Assembly (NCBI RefSeq): GCF_004010195.1
Contig: NW_025214720.1
Location: 1-50,000 of the forward strand
Length of the DNA: 50,000 bases
Origin: Chiloscyllium plagiosum
Taxonomy: Eukaryota
Direction: 5' to 3'
How positions within the stretch are numbered: the first letter of the stretch is position 1; each line of letters opens with the position of its first letter. A program made the position numbers and the translations under genes. The notes below the pieces were generated by a model that saw nothing but the letters and a program-made list of their open reading frames with translations, searched no databases and had not been told where the DNA came from. Shown piece by piece: positions 13,011-25,339 of the stretch.

Positions 13011-15925
13011 ATGGCAGGAGAACTGAGCCTGTGGAATGCTCCTCCTGCAATAAGTAGGAATCAAGGACACTTCCAATATCTATGCTGAATACGTATGCAG
13101 AAAATACGATCAGCTGCAGCTCCTGATTTGCTGCATAGAGCACCTGGAGCACTACTCATGATGAATCGTCCATGAGGCTGCGGATGTCATTGATAGCACA
13201 ATTAGCCAATGGTCACATACCAGTAAGGGCTACACATACAGGGAAGAGTTGGGTGACCACCAGGAAGATGAATAAGCATGGACAATCAGTGCAGGAGTCC
13301 CCTGTGGCCATTCCCCTCTCAAACAGGTGTACCATTTTAGATACTGATGGAGGAACAACATCTCAGGGGAGAGGTTATTAAATACAATGAAACTGCTGGT
13401 CTGAAGTGTTTTGTTCTAATGCAAGGAGTTTGACAGGTAAGGGAGATGAACTTAGGGTTTGGATTAATACATATAACTATAATGTTGTAGCTATTACAGA
13501 GATTTGGTGGAAAGAGCGACAAGTGTGGCAGCTTAATGTTCCAGAATTTAAATGTTTCAGGTCAAATAGAGAGGGATGTATAAGAGGTAAGGGAGTTGAG
13601 TTTCTGATAAAAGAGGGTATGTTGCAGCTGTCTTGGAGGATGTCTCCGAGACTTATCCAGTGAGACCATATGGGTAGAGTTCCCATCGCTTTGATGAAAT
13701 ATGTACTATAAGCCTCCCAAAGCCAGCAGGTGTTAGAAGAAAACTATAGGGTTGTTGTGATGAGTGATTTTAATTCTCTCTATATTGCCTGGGATTCACT
13801 CAGTGCCAGGGGCTTGGATGAGGGGACATTTGTTCGGTGTTCAGGACATTCTTTTGAAACAATATGTAAATTGTCCAACAAGGGAAGGAACCGTACTAGC
13901 CCTGGTATTGGGGAATGAGCCCAGCCAAGTGATGAAAGTTGTATTGAGAGAGCATTTTGGAAACAGTAACCATAATTCTGTAAGTTTTAAGTTATTTATG
14001 GATAAGGATACGTGTAGTCCTCAGGTGAAAGAACTAAATTGGGGGAAAGCTAATGACCACAATATTAACTCAGGACTGGGGAATGTAGCTGTTTGAAGGT
14101 AGATCCACATCTGTAGTTGTAGTCTGTTCAGAATAAAAAGCAGCATGTGGGAATCCTTTAAAAGCCAATCGATGACAGAACCAGCACATTCCTGTGAAAA
14201 TGAAAGATAAGGATAGCAAAAGTAGGGAACCTTGGATGACAAGAGAAGTTGTGAGCTTAGTCAAAAAAAGGAGGCAACGTAAGGTTTAGGAAGACAGACA
14301 GAGCCATTTAAGTATACAAAGTCAACAAGCATTAAAGTAAAACAAGGAATTAGGAGGGCTAAAAGGGCCATTTGGCAAACAAGTTTAAGGGAAATCCCAA
14401 GACAAATATAAGGAGCAAGAGGGTAGCTAGGGAAAGGGTAGGTGAGCCTTATGTCAGTGCTAGGGAAATTATTGGAGAAGATTCTTAGTGATAGGATTTA
14501 TTCACATTTGGAAAAATATGGTTTTATTAGCAGTAGGCACTATGTCTTTGAGCAGGAAGGTCATGTCTCACAAACTTAATTGAATTTTTGTAGAAAGGTG
14601 GCAAAGATGATTGATAATGACGGGGCAATAGATGTTAGCAAGGCCTTTGACAAAGACCCTCAAGGCAAAAGGTGAGGTCACATTGGATCCGTGGTGAGCT
14701 AGTAAGATGGATACAGACCTGACTTAGTCATGGAAAAGAGAGGAGCAGGGAAAGGTGTTTTACTGAGTGGAGATCTGTGACAAGTGGTGGTCTGCAGGGA
14801 TCAGTGCTGAAACCCCTATATATAACAAGTGATTTGAACAAAGATTGGGCGAGTGTGGATAAAGAGGAAGAATGCTAGAGGATACAGCAGGACATAGATA
14901 GGCTGGAGACTTGGGTGGAGACATGGCAGATGGAGTTTAATCAGGACAAATGTGAGGTGATGCATTTTGGAAGTTCTAATGCAGGAGGGAAGTATACAGT
15001 AATTGCAAAACCCCTAATAGCATCAACATACAGAGTGATTAGGCATGCAGGTCCAGTTCCCTGAAAGTAGTAACACAAGTAGATAAGTTGGCCAAGATGG
15101 TGAATTTAAAAATCACACAACACCAGGTGATAGTCCAACAGGTTTATTTGGAAGTACAAGTCCCACTAGCATCCTGAAGCAGAAGCTCTCCAAAAGCTTG
15201 TACTTCCAAATAAACCTGTTTGACTATCACCTGGTGTTATGTGATTTTTAACTTTGTCCACCCCAGTTCAACACCAACACCTCCACATCAAGATAGCATA
15301 TGGCATACTTGCCTTCATTGGTCGGGCCACAGAGATTAAAACTTGATGTCATGTTGCAGCTGAATAGAACTTCAATGAGGCCACATTTGGAATATTGTGC
15401 AGTTCTGGTCGCCGCAATACCAAAAGGATGTTGCCTGCTTTGGAGAAGGTACAGAATCACATGTTGCCTGGATGTTGTCTGGTTTGGAGGGAATTAGCTA
15501 TGAGGAGAAATTGGACAGACTTGGTTTATTTTCACTTGAATGGCAAAAAATGTGGGCTGAGCTGATAGATGTTTACCAAATTGAGATGCATAGATAGGAC
15601 TGGTAGACAGAGTTTTTTTTTCCCAGGTGAGAAATGTCAATTACAAGGGGATATAGGTTTAAGGTAAAAAGGGATAAGTTTAAAGGAAATGCAAGAGGCA
15701 AGTTTTTCACACAGAGAGTGGTAAATGCCTGGAAAAAGGACATGGTGGAGGTGGATACAATCGCAATATTTAAGAGGCATCTTGACAGATATATGAATAG
15801 GCAAGGGAGTAGAGGGATATGGACTGCATAGAGGCAAAAGATTTTTTATTCAGAAAGTCATCATGTGCCAGCACTGTCTTGGTTAGCCAAAAGTGATTCT
15901 GTGCTGTACTGTTCTGTTCTTTGCT
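13011..15925 (+). mobile_element. Long degenerate CR1 LINE (ORF1 remnant, endonuclease, RT, 3' tail)
   Basis: NARSLTGKGDELRVWINTYNYNVVAITEIW, QYVNCPTREGTVLALVLGNEP, RPHLEYC, FFTQRVVNAW; many deletions. Confidence 0.9.
15106..15290. mobile_element. Penelope-like family B terminal element in inverted (palindromic) arrangement, inserted in CR1
   Basis: 55-nt arms 15106-15160 and 15197-15251 are reverse complements at 53/55; flanked by a CAAGAT(G/A)G duplication. Confidence 0.75.
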
Positions 15926-16739
15926 CTTTGAAGTGCCACAGGAAACCATGCCGCTTAGCTACCCTGAATCCAGATAGAGCCCAGGCCGGTGCTAAAGCAG
16001 AATGCCCAACACTGAAGGAGGAAAGATGGTGATCTTCTGAGCTTTGAAGGGGTCAGTGCAACTATTCCTCTCTGCTACATCACACTCACAGGGCCCCACT
16101 CACTCTAATAGTGAAATGGCACACACACTCACTACTCGCATGCAATATCCATTGCATCAACCATTTCATCCTCCCAAACTAATAGCCCTTCCTCTCCCCT
16201 GATTCACTGACTGGGAACACTTTAGATTTTCCTTCTATATCATAATTAACTACTCTCCCACCCATTTCCATCATTCCCAAAAACCTTGTTGTTTTATAGA
16301 AGGATAAACTGACTCATAACCAAGCTGACAGGGCCAAGATCAGTGGTGGTTGATTGGCATCAAACTCTTTATTCTATATGAGAAGATTAGACACAGGAAA
16401 GCATAACAACTCATATGGTACAGGGAGGCATCAATAGCCAACCAAATTTTAGTAAGATTCCACTAGCTGTGCTGCACTGCTCTTTCATTAACATAACATT
16501 AATAATTTATCCATCTTAGAAAGGTAGAGCTCTTTCTTCCCTTATGTAAGGACTTGAGGTATCCAGAAAACCTTCACAAAGAGTCCAATGCCAAAGCGCA
16601 TCCTTGCCTCTGAGGAGGAAGCCAGTGAAGCCTGCGAGAATGCACCAGCAAGGCTTTCTCCTACACCCCCTAACAGCTCAGAGACTTTCACCTTGGTGTG
16701 TACTGTTTTACATAGATTAGACTCAGGAGCATCTCTAGT

Positions 16740-17040
16740 CACGGTGGCTCAGTGGTTAGCACTGCTGCCTCACAGCACCAGGGACTGGTGTTCAATTCCT
16801 GCCTCGGGTGACTGTCTGTGTGGAGTTTGCACATTCTCTCCGTGTCTGCGTGGGTTTCCTCCGGGTGCTCCGGTTTCCTCCTACAATCCAAAGTTGTGCA
16901 GGTCAGGTGAATTGGCCATGGTAAATTGCCCATAGTGTTAGAGTCAGGGGAATGGGTCTGGGTGGGTTACTCTTCGGAGGGTCGGTGTGGACTTGTTGGG
17001 CCTGTTTCCATACTGTAGGGAATCTACTAGATTAAATTAA
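16740..17040 (+). mobile_element. HE1-type tRNA-derived SINE
   Basis: A box GGTGGCTCAGTGG, B box GTTCAATTCC, V-domain-like GTGTGGAGTTTGCACATTCTC; TCTAGTCA direct repeat at 16734-16741 and 17041-17048. Confidence 0.9.
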
Positions 17041-18816
17041 TCTAGTCAGGTAGTCAGGGAAGAAACTCCTGGAGTCTCCAGCACTCAGAGGACTGTCAAG
17101 AGTCAGGCACTGGTTGGAACTCCAGGAAGAAGAGGATCCCAAGGTCTCAGCCATTAATGACTTTGTTAAAATGCAGGAACAGCAGGTAGGTTTGTCAGAT
17201 GCAGTCAGTAAATAGACTGAAAGATGGAGTATTATCAGAACCATGGAGGCTCCAGCATGTCTGTAACTGGCTGTCTCCATGGAAAGATTCTCAACCACCA
17301 TGGAGACTCAGTTCCACCAGTCAGTTTCTGCTGGATATATCCCCTGCCCTACCCTAACACTTAGCATCAATAGCAAGGTGAGAAAGTGACAAGGATTTCA
17401 ATCTCATTCCACCTGCCCCTTCCTCCCAGAGAGGCAGTATGGTGCCAAAAGGCACTCACAAAGAGGAGAAGCCACATGCATGAACTCCAGAAGCTCTTCT
17501 TAAGACACTCAGAGATTCCTGGCCTCTTCACAAACCCCCTGCCTGAGATTACACAAATTCTGAAGACTAAAAAAAGGATGGCAAGCCTGCATCTAGGCAG
17601 GAGATCCTCGACAAGCCTGAACCTCTAGACCTCAATGTTCCTCGGGACAACTGCCCAATTCTTCAGGGCCAACTACAAAACCACAGGTTCCTTTCATCAG
17701 CTGTGAAAGTCAGGGCTACATTTAGAGATCATGGGAGGCAAAGGAAGAAAAAGAACAAATAGAGGGAACAGAGGTAGGTTGGGTGAAACAACACAGTAAA
17801 AACCCTTTCATTTATGTACACATGTCTTCAGATGCACCTTTAAAACATCTGCTCATGCAATTTTCAGTACTGGAACTGGTTGAGCACTTGTGAGAGTTGA
17901 ATCACCCCTTCAGATATCCCAAAAGTGAAAGAAATTGTAATGTTCAAGTATTGCTCATCTTTCATAATTAACAGACTGCTTGACTGATCAAAGATCCTTG
18001 AATTTTAGTTGATATCCACAACTATGATGTTGCACTTTAACAATGAGGCTAAATTCTATGTACAGAGATTATGGTATGGCCTGGCCTGCATACATCATTC
18101 CATGCTGATGCTCTGCTTGTGAGAGTATGGAATCAATAATGATTCCACCCATCTCTACAAGGAAAGTTTAATTCTATATTTCAGCTTTTCAAGGGAGCAT
18201 TCTGCCATTCAAAGCAAAGATAGACAATAGGCAAATCTCATGAACACACTGGTCAACCAAGAAAAGTGGCACAAATTGTGGCAACTCTCATTCTCTCTAT
18301 ATTTTCCTAACTTGCTTGGTATTGCTCACAACATTCCAGGCAGGGCAAAGTTCTACAACATGCTACTGTAGACAAAATGACATATTGGATGGAGATTACA
18401 TCACATTATAGAAATTATGTAGCTGGAGATCAATAATTTCAGGCCTAGGACGTTTCTGTAGAGTTCCTCAGCGTTATGTCCATCCTCAGAAGCTTCATTG
18501 ATGACATTCCCTTGATTGATGGGAATAATCTTTGATGATTTCACAGTGTTTAGTTCCATTTCCTATTCCTCAAATAATGAAGCAATGCATGTCCATACAC
18601 AGCAAAATCTGAATGACCAATGTGTTTAATTGTGAAAATAAAGAGATACAATGTTAAAGCATCAAGGTTGAAGCCTCACACCCGGCTTCCTATAAGGACT
18701 CCATTCCATTCTCATTTTTTCCCCAGTACATCCGTTACAATGATGCTACCTTGCATAAGGGTGCTCTGACATGACCTTTTTTCCTCAACTCCTGAAGATT
18801 CTCTTGGGGCAGAATT

Positions 18817-19101
18817 GGGGGTGACATGGTGGCTCAGTAGTTGGCACTACTGCCAGAGTCCCAGGTTCAATTCCAGACTCGAGCGACTGTCTGTATGAAG
18901 TTTGCACATTCTCCCTGTGTCTGCATGAGTTTCCTCCCACATTGCACAAAGATGTGCAGGTCAGGTGTATTGGCCATGCTAAATTGCCCATACTGTTAGG
19001 TGCATCATTCAGAGGGAAATGGGTCTGGGTGGGTTACTCTTCGGAGGATTGGTTGGGCCAAAGGGCCTGTTTCCACACTGTAGAGTATCTAATCTAATCT
19101 A
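18817..19101 (+). mobile_element. HE1-type SINE
   Basis: Same head and body as the other copies; (AATCT)n tail. Confidence 0.88.
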
Positions 19102-19435
19102 GAACATTCAGCTAACTGAGTCTGCTTCACCATTTTTTCATGGCTAATAATGTTTATCTCAACCCCATTCTCTTGCCTTCTCCCCATAACCCTTGATCCC
19201 CTTAGTAATCAAGAACCTATCTATCTTTGTCTTAAAAACATTCAATGACTTAGTCTCCAAACCTTCTGTGGCAATTAATTCCACAGATTTGTCATCCTCT
19301 GATGAAATCTCCCCTTATTTCAGTGCTAAAGGGTCATCCCTTCACTCTGAGGCTATGCCCTCAAGCCCTAGTCTCACCTACTAGCGGAAACATCTTCTCC
19401 ATCTCCTCTCTATCCAGGCCTCTCAGTATTCTGTA
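19102..19435 (-). mobile_element. CR1 LINE 3' fragment
   Basis: CCTTCTCCCCATAACCCTTGATCCCC...AATTCCACAGATT...TGAGGCTATGCCCTC matches the reverse complement of the CR1 3' end. Confidence 0.7.
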
Positions 19436-19749
19436 ATCACTACAATGAGTTGGACCAGTATGTGACATTCATAAATCTAGGACTTTCGTGGTATTGTTAC
19501 AGCCTCTGAGCCAGAAGGTCCAGGTTGAAGTCTAACTTACGCCATTCATGTCTCACAACATGTCTGAACATGTTGGTTCAAAATACAAGGGCCTCTTGTG
19601 GTGATATCCCGGCTCTGAGATGATTGACATCTAGCAACTACGTCAGTCTTCCTTTGTGGAGCTATGACTCCCAGCCAGCAGAGTTTTACCACTGACTTCA
19701 ACTGTACTCTGCCACACTTAGTCATTTTTGGACCAAAACTATAACGTTT

Positions 19750-20950
19750 TGATTAAATTATTCATAGTGTTTCTTTTAGTATATTTGAAAGGAGCAGGAC
19801 AGGAAAACGTGCTACGCCCTGATTCATATTTTCAGCAAAGGGCATTATTTAAATCATTTATCAGGAAATGTCTCATGAAGCCTCGGGATTCCATGCAACC
19901 ACTTTTAAAAAGTTGTAACCTTAGTCTCCAATTACTGACGGCACCTCCGAAAGGACAGCCAGCCTCGATGTTTGCCCACAGACTTGGGAGGGGGCTCTAA
20001 ACTACAGATTCAGAAAGCTTTGAGGGCAACGATATTTTTTTAAATCCTTTGCTATGAATGTAAAACTAAATGGGATCTCTAACGTTCCAGGCGCAGAAAG
20101 CCCAAATGCCTACAGGGCACTTTCAAGGAGATCCAACATATCGTCTTATGCAAAACGGAAGCTCTTAAAAATTAATCAGGGACTTTCCAGGCACGAAGCA
20201 CCGATTCATTCCACAAATTCTTTACATTCCTCTCTCTTGTTTCCAGCAAGATTAATTAAGCCATCCGTGAAATATATCCAGTTCCTGATCCCTCCCACGC
20301 AAAGGGAGAACTGACTGTTCCTGCATAAGTGATCCTGGCTCTGCACGCTTGTTTGTTATCAAAAACCCTGTTCCCTCTCAAAATCAACTTTCTGATCTCA
20401 GATTCAGGAAATCCTACTATTCCGAAATTGTTCTCAAACTGCAGCTGTTAGAACCGTACGTCTGTCTTATATTCCTTCCCCACTCCCCTTTGTGCCTTGC
20501 AGAAATTCGCTCATTAAAGATAAACAGCCTGACGCTGCAGCGAAATATCTCGCATCCGGTCCGGGAGGCTGCATTAACCAATGCCTGTTCCACTCGGACG
20601 ATCGTATTTCTAGCCAATTAAAGCGTGACTCAGGATCACGCACTGAACACATCAGCAGCAACAGTACGTTGCCTCTGAACATAACTGTGAGTCATTCACA
20701 TCACACGATACCCAGTCGTGACTACTTCAGAGGACCAAATAGAACCTATACGTTTACAAGTCTCATCTTGTTCCTCAATCCTCCTCACGAATGCAATATC
20801 GACCTCGTCGTTTTCTGTTTCTTCCTATATCCTCCACCCTAACACAGACGCAAATCTATTTCATTCATAAAATTTGTAAGGGTACAGTCCAAAGTATTTA
20901 AGTACAACGCGAATACAATTCAGCTTTTCCTCCACTTTGAAGCGTCCCAG
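19750..20950. promoter_or_regulatory. TE-free CpG-enriched region; candidate enhancer or upstream alternative promoter
   Basis: Elevated CpG; CCAAT at 20578-20582 and 20614-20618; AP-1 sites TGACTCA 20626-20632 and TGAGTCA 20688-20694; donor-like GTGAGT at 20687. Confidence 0.45.
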
Positions 20951-21255
20951 TTCGAATACAATGCTCTTGATACTCACAATGTGCATTCCAGGGCAGGCAT
21001 TAGAATTGGAGGAGCACACACAGAGTTTTAGGGCAAAGGAGGTTACAGGGAGAGAGGAAAATACTGCATGTTACTCTAAATCCTTCCTTCGGTACTGCAT
21101 TAAGTCATCAGCCTTGACTATGAGTTTAAGGCAGTAAAGTCAGAGTCACTGACTGTGACTCAGAAGTGAAAATAGTGTCCATTCAGTTACAGCTGGCACT
21201 GGTATCTTGAGTAACTTTGAGTACCTATCTGTAATGTGAACTGTTTTATAAACTT

Positions 21256-21470
21256 GGAGATAGTAAGGACTGCAGATGCTGGAAGTCAGTGTGAATATAA
21301 TGTGGAGCTTGGAAAGGCACAGGAGGTCAGGCAGCATCAGAGGAGCAGGAAAGTCAACATTTCAGGTCAAGACCCTTCATCAGGAGGGTCTGGAGAGGAA
21401 ACATCGACTTTCTGTTCCTTCGAAGCTGCCTGAATTGCTGTGCCTTTCCAGTTCCACATTTTATCAACTA
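21256..21470. mobile_element. Penelope-like family A pLTR in inverted arrangement with a decayed hammerhead
   Basis: Left arm similar to 6292-6420; minus strand CCTGATGAAGGGTCTTGACCTGAAATGTTGAC; right arm is an inverted copy. Confidence 0.7.
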
Positions 21471-21969
21471 TATTTTATAAAGTTATGTGTAGGTCTTACT
21501 TTCACAGCCTCATCACCTCTCTGTGTCCATTATCTCATCATTGCCCTAGAATTCTCCGAAGTACTTGCACTTTTCAAATTCTGGGCTCTTATGCATACCA
21601 CTCCATTAATGATGATCATGCTTTCAGTTACCTCAGAACTCACTCTAGAAATGCCTCTCTGCCTCTTTTAGTTCTCTAACTAACAATAAGGTGTCCCTTA
21701 AAACCCATTGCTTTTACAAACTTTTGGCCATTTGTCTTAGAATCTCCAAGTGGCTTATCGTCAAGTATTATCTGCTAACTCCTATCAAGTGCATTTCTAT
21801 GTTTTACTACATGGGAACTACTAGGTAAATGCATTTATTGTCAAATATTGTGCTATCGACTCTGATCTCCAGCATCTGCAGTCCTCACTTTCTCTTAAGT
21901 ATTATAATATGGTAACCTCTAGCTAGAATGTGCTCTACTCATGCCTTAGATACATGACTGATACAGATC

Positions 21970-22350
21970 AAACATAAGAGTCATAGGAAATAGGACCAGA
22001 AGTAGTCTAATCAGCCTATCATGCCTATCCATCACTCAAATAGATCATGGCTGATCTACTTATCTTAATGTTCAAACATTATCCCCATATTCCTTGATAT
22101 TTTAATATCTAGAAACCTATCAGCCTCTGTCTTAAACATGCTGAATGACTGAGCCTCTACACCCTCTGGGTAAGGAATTGCAAAGATTTGCCAATCTGAG
22201 TGAAGACATTCCTTCTCAACTAAGTCTTAAATGATCTCCCTCTTGTTCTGAGAATGTGTCCCCAGTTCAAGGACCCTCAACAACAAGAAACACTGTTCCT
22301 GCATCAATCCTATCTAGCCCTGTAAGAACTTTGCTTGCATCAATGAGATA
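21970..22350 (-). mobile_element. CR1 LINE 3' fragment (old)
   Basis: Reverse-complement CR1 tail (CATAGGAAATAGGACCAGAAGTAG...GATCATGGCTGATC) followed by ORF2-end sequence. Confidence 0.7.
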
Positions 22351-22587
22351 AACACAGAGAAGAACATGAAACGCTGTTCTGGCTGCTTTTGGTTCTCCCT
22401 TGCCCTTCACTGCTTCAATTTCCCACAGCTCCCTTCATTTTTCCTTCCCTTCTTCCTCACAAACTCCCAGCCATCTCTCTCACTTCCACCACCAAGCCAC
22501 CAAACGTATGTGCAGCAGGGAGCTGGAGGCAACATTTAGTGTGGGAGTGGATAAGAGGGAGCAGTAAAGAGACTTGAATGGGAGGTC

Positions 22588-22805
22588 CAGGTAGTTCTCT
22601 CATAACACCATAGTTCGGTTCCCATGCGATGTCGCTTTATAAGAAAATCGTGCAAACCAGCATCATTGAAACTAATGGAGCTGGAATCGTGTTATAGCCA
22701 GTACAGGTAAGGAAAGTTCATGTTCTACAAATATTAGTCTAAATTCGGCATTCGTGTTGTGGCTAATTCATGTTGTGCAAACACGTGCTATAGGAGAACC
22801 ACCTA
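22588..22805. mobile_element. MITE, Tc1/mariner-pogo-like
   Basis: Imperfect ~20-nt TIRs CAGGTAGTTCTCTCATAACAC and GTGCTATAGGAGAACCACCT, TA on the right flank, no coding capacity. Confidence 0.65.
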
Positions 22806-23094
22806 TACAAGGAATTGAACGGCAGAAGGTGGATGTATATATTGACACAAGCAGTTGGAGAAAGTGTGTGGATGCCAGTGGACAGAGTGAGAGATTACTT
22901 CCTGATTTTCTTTTCCAGGTTGCTGGTGACAATAATTACATCTAAAAATTAATGGTGAGAATTATGGTCTAAGCGCTCCAATGGCCTTCTCACTGAATTG
23001 TTCTCCTGTTTTTAATTTTTCTCCTACTAAAATTAAAATGTACTAATCTGAACAGGGCAATGTTACTGATGTGTCATTTCAGTTTTAAACCAAT

Positions 23095-23357
23095 CAGAGT
23101 CATATAGCACAAAAACAGATCCTTCTGTCCAACTCATCCATGCTGACCAGGTATTCCAAAATGAACTAACCCCATTTGCCTGCATCTTGTCCATATGTTT
23201 CCAAATCTTTTCAATTCATGTACCTGTCCAAATGTCTTTTAAATGTTTTAATTTTACCCAACTCTACCACTTTCTCTGAGAGCTCATTCCATACATGCAT
23301 CACCCACTATTGAAAACATTGCTTCTCAAGTCCCTTTTAAATTTTTCCCCTCTCAAT
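23095..23357 (-). mobile_element. CR1/HER1 3' fragment
   Basis: Similar to the 3' end at 2862-3120. Confidence 0.75.
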
Positions 23358-23479
23358 CACACAAAGAATGTTAATGTGTGTGCCCCTCACTCCCTGCTTC
23401 ATTTGTTTATATATTGTTCATTGTAAACACCTATCTATAACAATTAAACAGGCTGATCTACAATTGCTTCAGCACACTA

Positions 23480-23822
23480 TTTTGGCTGACACTTCAATGG
23501 AATGCTGCATCAGCACAATCGCCACTGCCTAAATGAGATGTAAGCCTAAATGCAGGCTCCCCTCTGAGGTGGATATGAAATATCCCATCAAATTACAAAA
23601 GTGTTTTTACTGGCATCCTGGCCAAAAAAACTCACCCTTGTTCAACATCATTAAAACAGTCAGATTATTATTACACATTATTATAGGAGCTGGCTGTGCA
23701 CAAATTGGCTGGCATGATTTCAGCATTACATTTGAAATTGTCCCACAAAAACCCTTCTTTAGTTGTAAAGCACGTTGTGACCTCCTCAGTTGGTGAAAGG
23801 TGTGATATAAATACAAATCTAT
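23480..23822 (+). mobile_element. Ancient DeuSINE-like element with L2-type tail (another + copy at ~27530-27740)
   Basis: GGCTGACACTTCA...TGCTGCA...ATGAGATGTAA...AGGTGGATATGAAATATCCCAT...GTAAAGCAC...TATAAATACAA. Confidence 0.55.
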
Positions 23823-25339
23823 TAAAGAAATTTTGCTGATAGTTTGTGAACTTAATTTTGGAATTCGTATATACTTCCTTAAAAAAAACAAAAATCATCA
23901 GCTTTATTCCAGCAAGCCTGGGGGTATTTTTGCAGATGACACCAAAATGTGCATAAGATCAGTAATTTTGTACTAATGAATAGTTTGCAGGTTGATTTAG
24001 ATGGGCTTGGTGACAAAGCTCCTGCATAGCAGGTGCCATTTAATGTAGCTGAGTCAAGCACTTGGGTTTAGAGACTCTCGAGATGCAGCAGGAAAACACC
24101 TTGAAGCTGGTATTTAAGCTTCATTAAAGGATAGTAGATGAGTCTACTATATAGAATTGAGAACGTTCTTGTGACAAGTTGTGGTTATTTTTGTTGTAAA
24201 AAGAAAGATAATTTTGACCCATATTTAAAAACATAATAAGTGAGTGCTGCTCTAATAAGACACACCTGTTTGTAAGTCTGGATTTAACATGCAATTTTCA
24301 GCTGATTTACTGATTATCATAATTTGAATTTGCCTGAGATCCCAATCCAGAACTAAGTTCAGCACTCAAAATGTTGATTGGAGGCAAATTCTGTACAGAG
24401 GGCTCCTTGCATCCGCTTCCACTGAAGGTGTTTGGAATGCCCTAGCTGGTATATACTGTCACATTCCAGGGACACATAATGCACATAGGCTCACGGCTAT
24501 ATCACTGGAAAGCTCAGGAAAGGAGGCTGACATGAGAAGGAATATCCTGAATCCCTAAAAGAGGTCACCTTGCCTTCTTTAGACCTGTCTCTTCTCTCCT
24601 GCAGCAACTGGTGGTTCTCCACTCAACTTCATGCCCACTTCCCCATTGCTCAGCCAGACTGACAGGGACCCCCAGAAAGATACTGATAATCAAACTCTAC
24701 CTTTTGTCCGGGTGACTCCTAATAGATATCCAATATAGTCACAGGATATAACTCTCACTTTCATTAGATGAAGTCCTCAGAGACTTCGTACAATGAGTGC
24801 TGCTCATGTGTTGAGAAAGCCATAACAAAGTGATCCAGAAAAGTCCCCTTGGAGATGTGCTTCAGAAGGTTATCTATAAAGCAATCAACATGACACAAAG
24901 GGTAGGCTTTTACGTAATGTTTCAACATGGATACCATGTTTACTTCTGAACAGTTGATTGCCACTCGGAGAGGCTGTTAGTTGACGTACTAACCACCAGA
25001 ATACCATACAGCTTCCTTAATGAGCACCAGCAGGGTTTTAAATGGCAGTCAGCTCCTTAATGAGCCTCTGGGGGCCAGCTCCTAGTGCATCAACTTACAG
25101 TATATTTATTTTGCACCTTAACATCATAAAACATCATGAGGCGCTTCACAGGAGTATTATAAAATAAAACAAGCTGAGTCATATAAGGGGATAATATATC
25201 TGATGATCAAAAGCTTGGTCAAAGAGCTGGACTTTAAGAGTAATCTTAAGGTAGGAAGGTGAATAAAAGAGTCAGGGAGGTGTAAAGAAGGAATTCTTTG
25301 GCTTAGGACCCAGGAAACTGAAGATGTAGCCAATAATCA

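Larger units (their letters stand above)
12563..17760 (+). pseudogene. Decayed PIF/Harbinger transposon Myb/SANT-like gene, split by CR1 and HE1 insertions
   Basis: KGKPAPCFTDRNLEGLVDGVIKRKEVHFL (12563-12649), QNAQH*RRKDGDLLSFEG (15998-16051), KDKLTHNQADRAKISGG (16300-16350), acidic Ser/Pro-rich segment (16588-16700). Confidence 0.6.

Noticed and set aside
24764..24964. 66-aa minus ORF with KGTFLDHFV, vaguely like the lengsin/glutamine synthetase C-terminus
   Set aside because: Only a few residues match, with no flanking GS motifs or splice context; likely chance or a decayed repeat.
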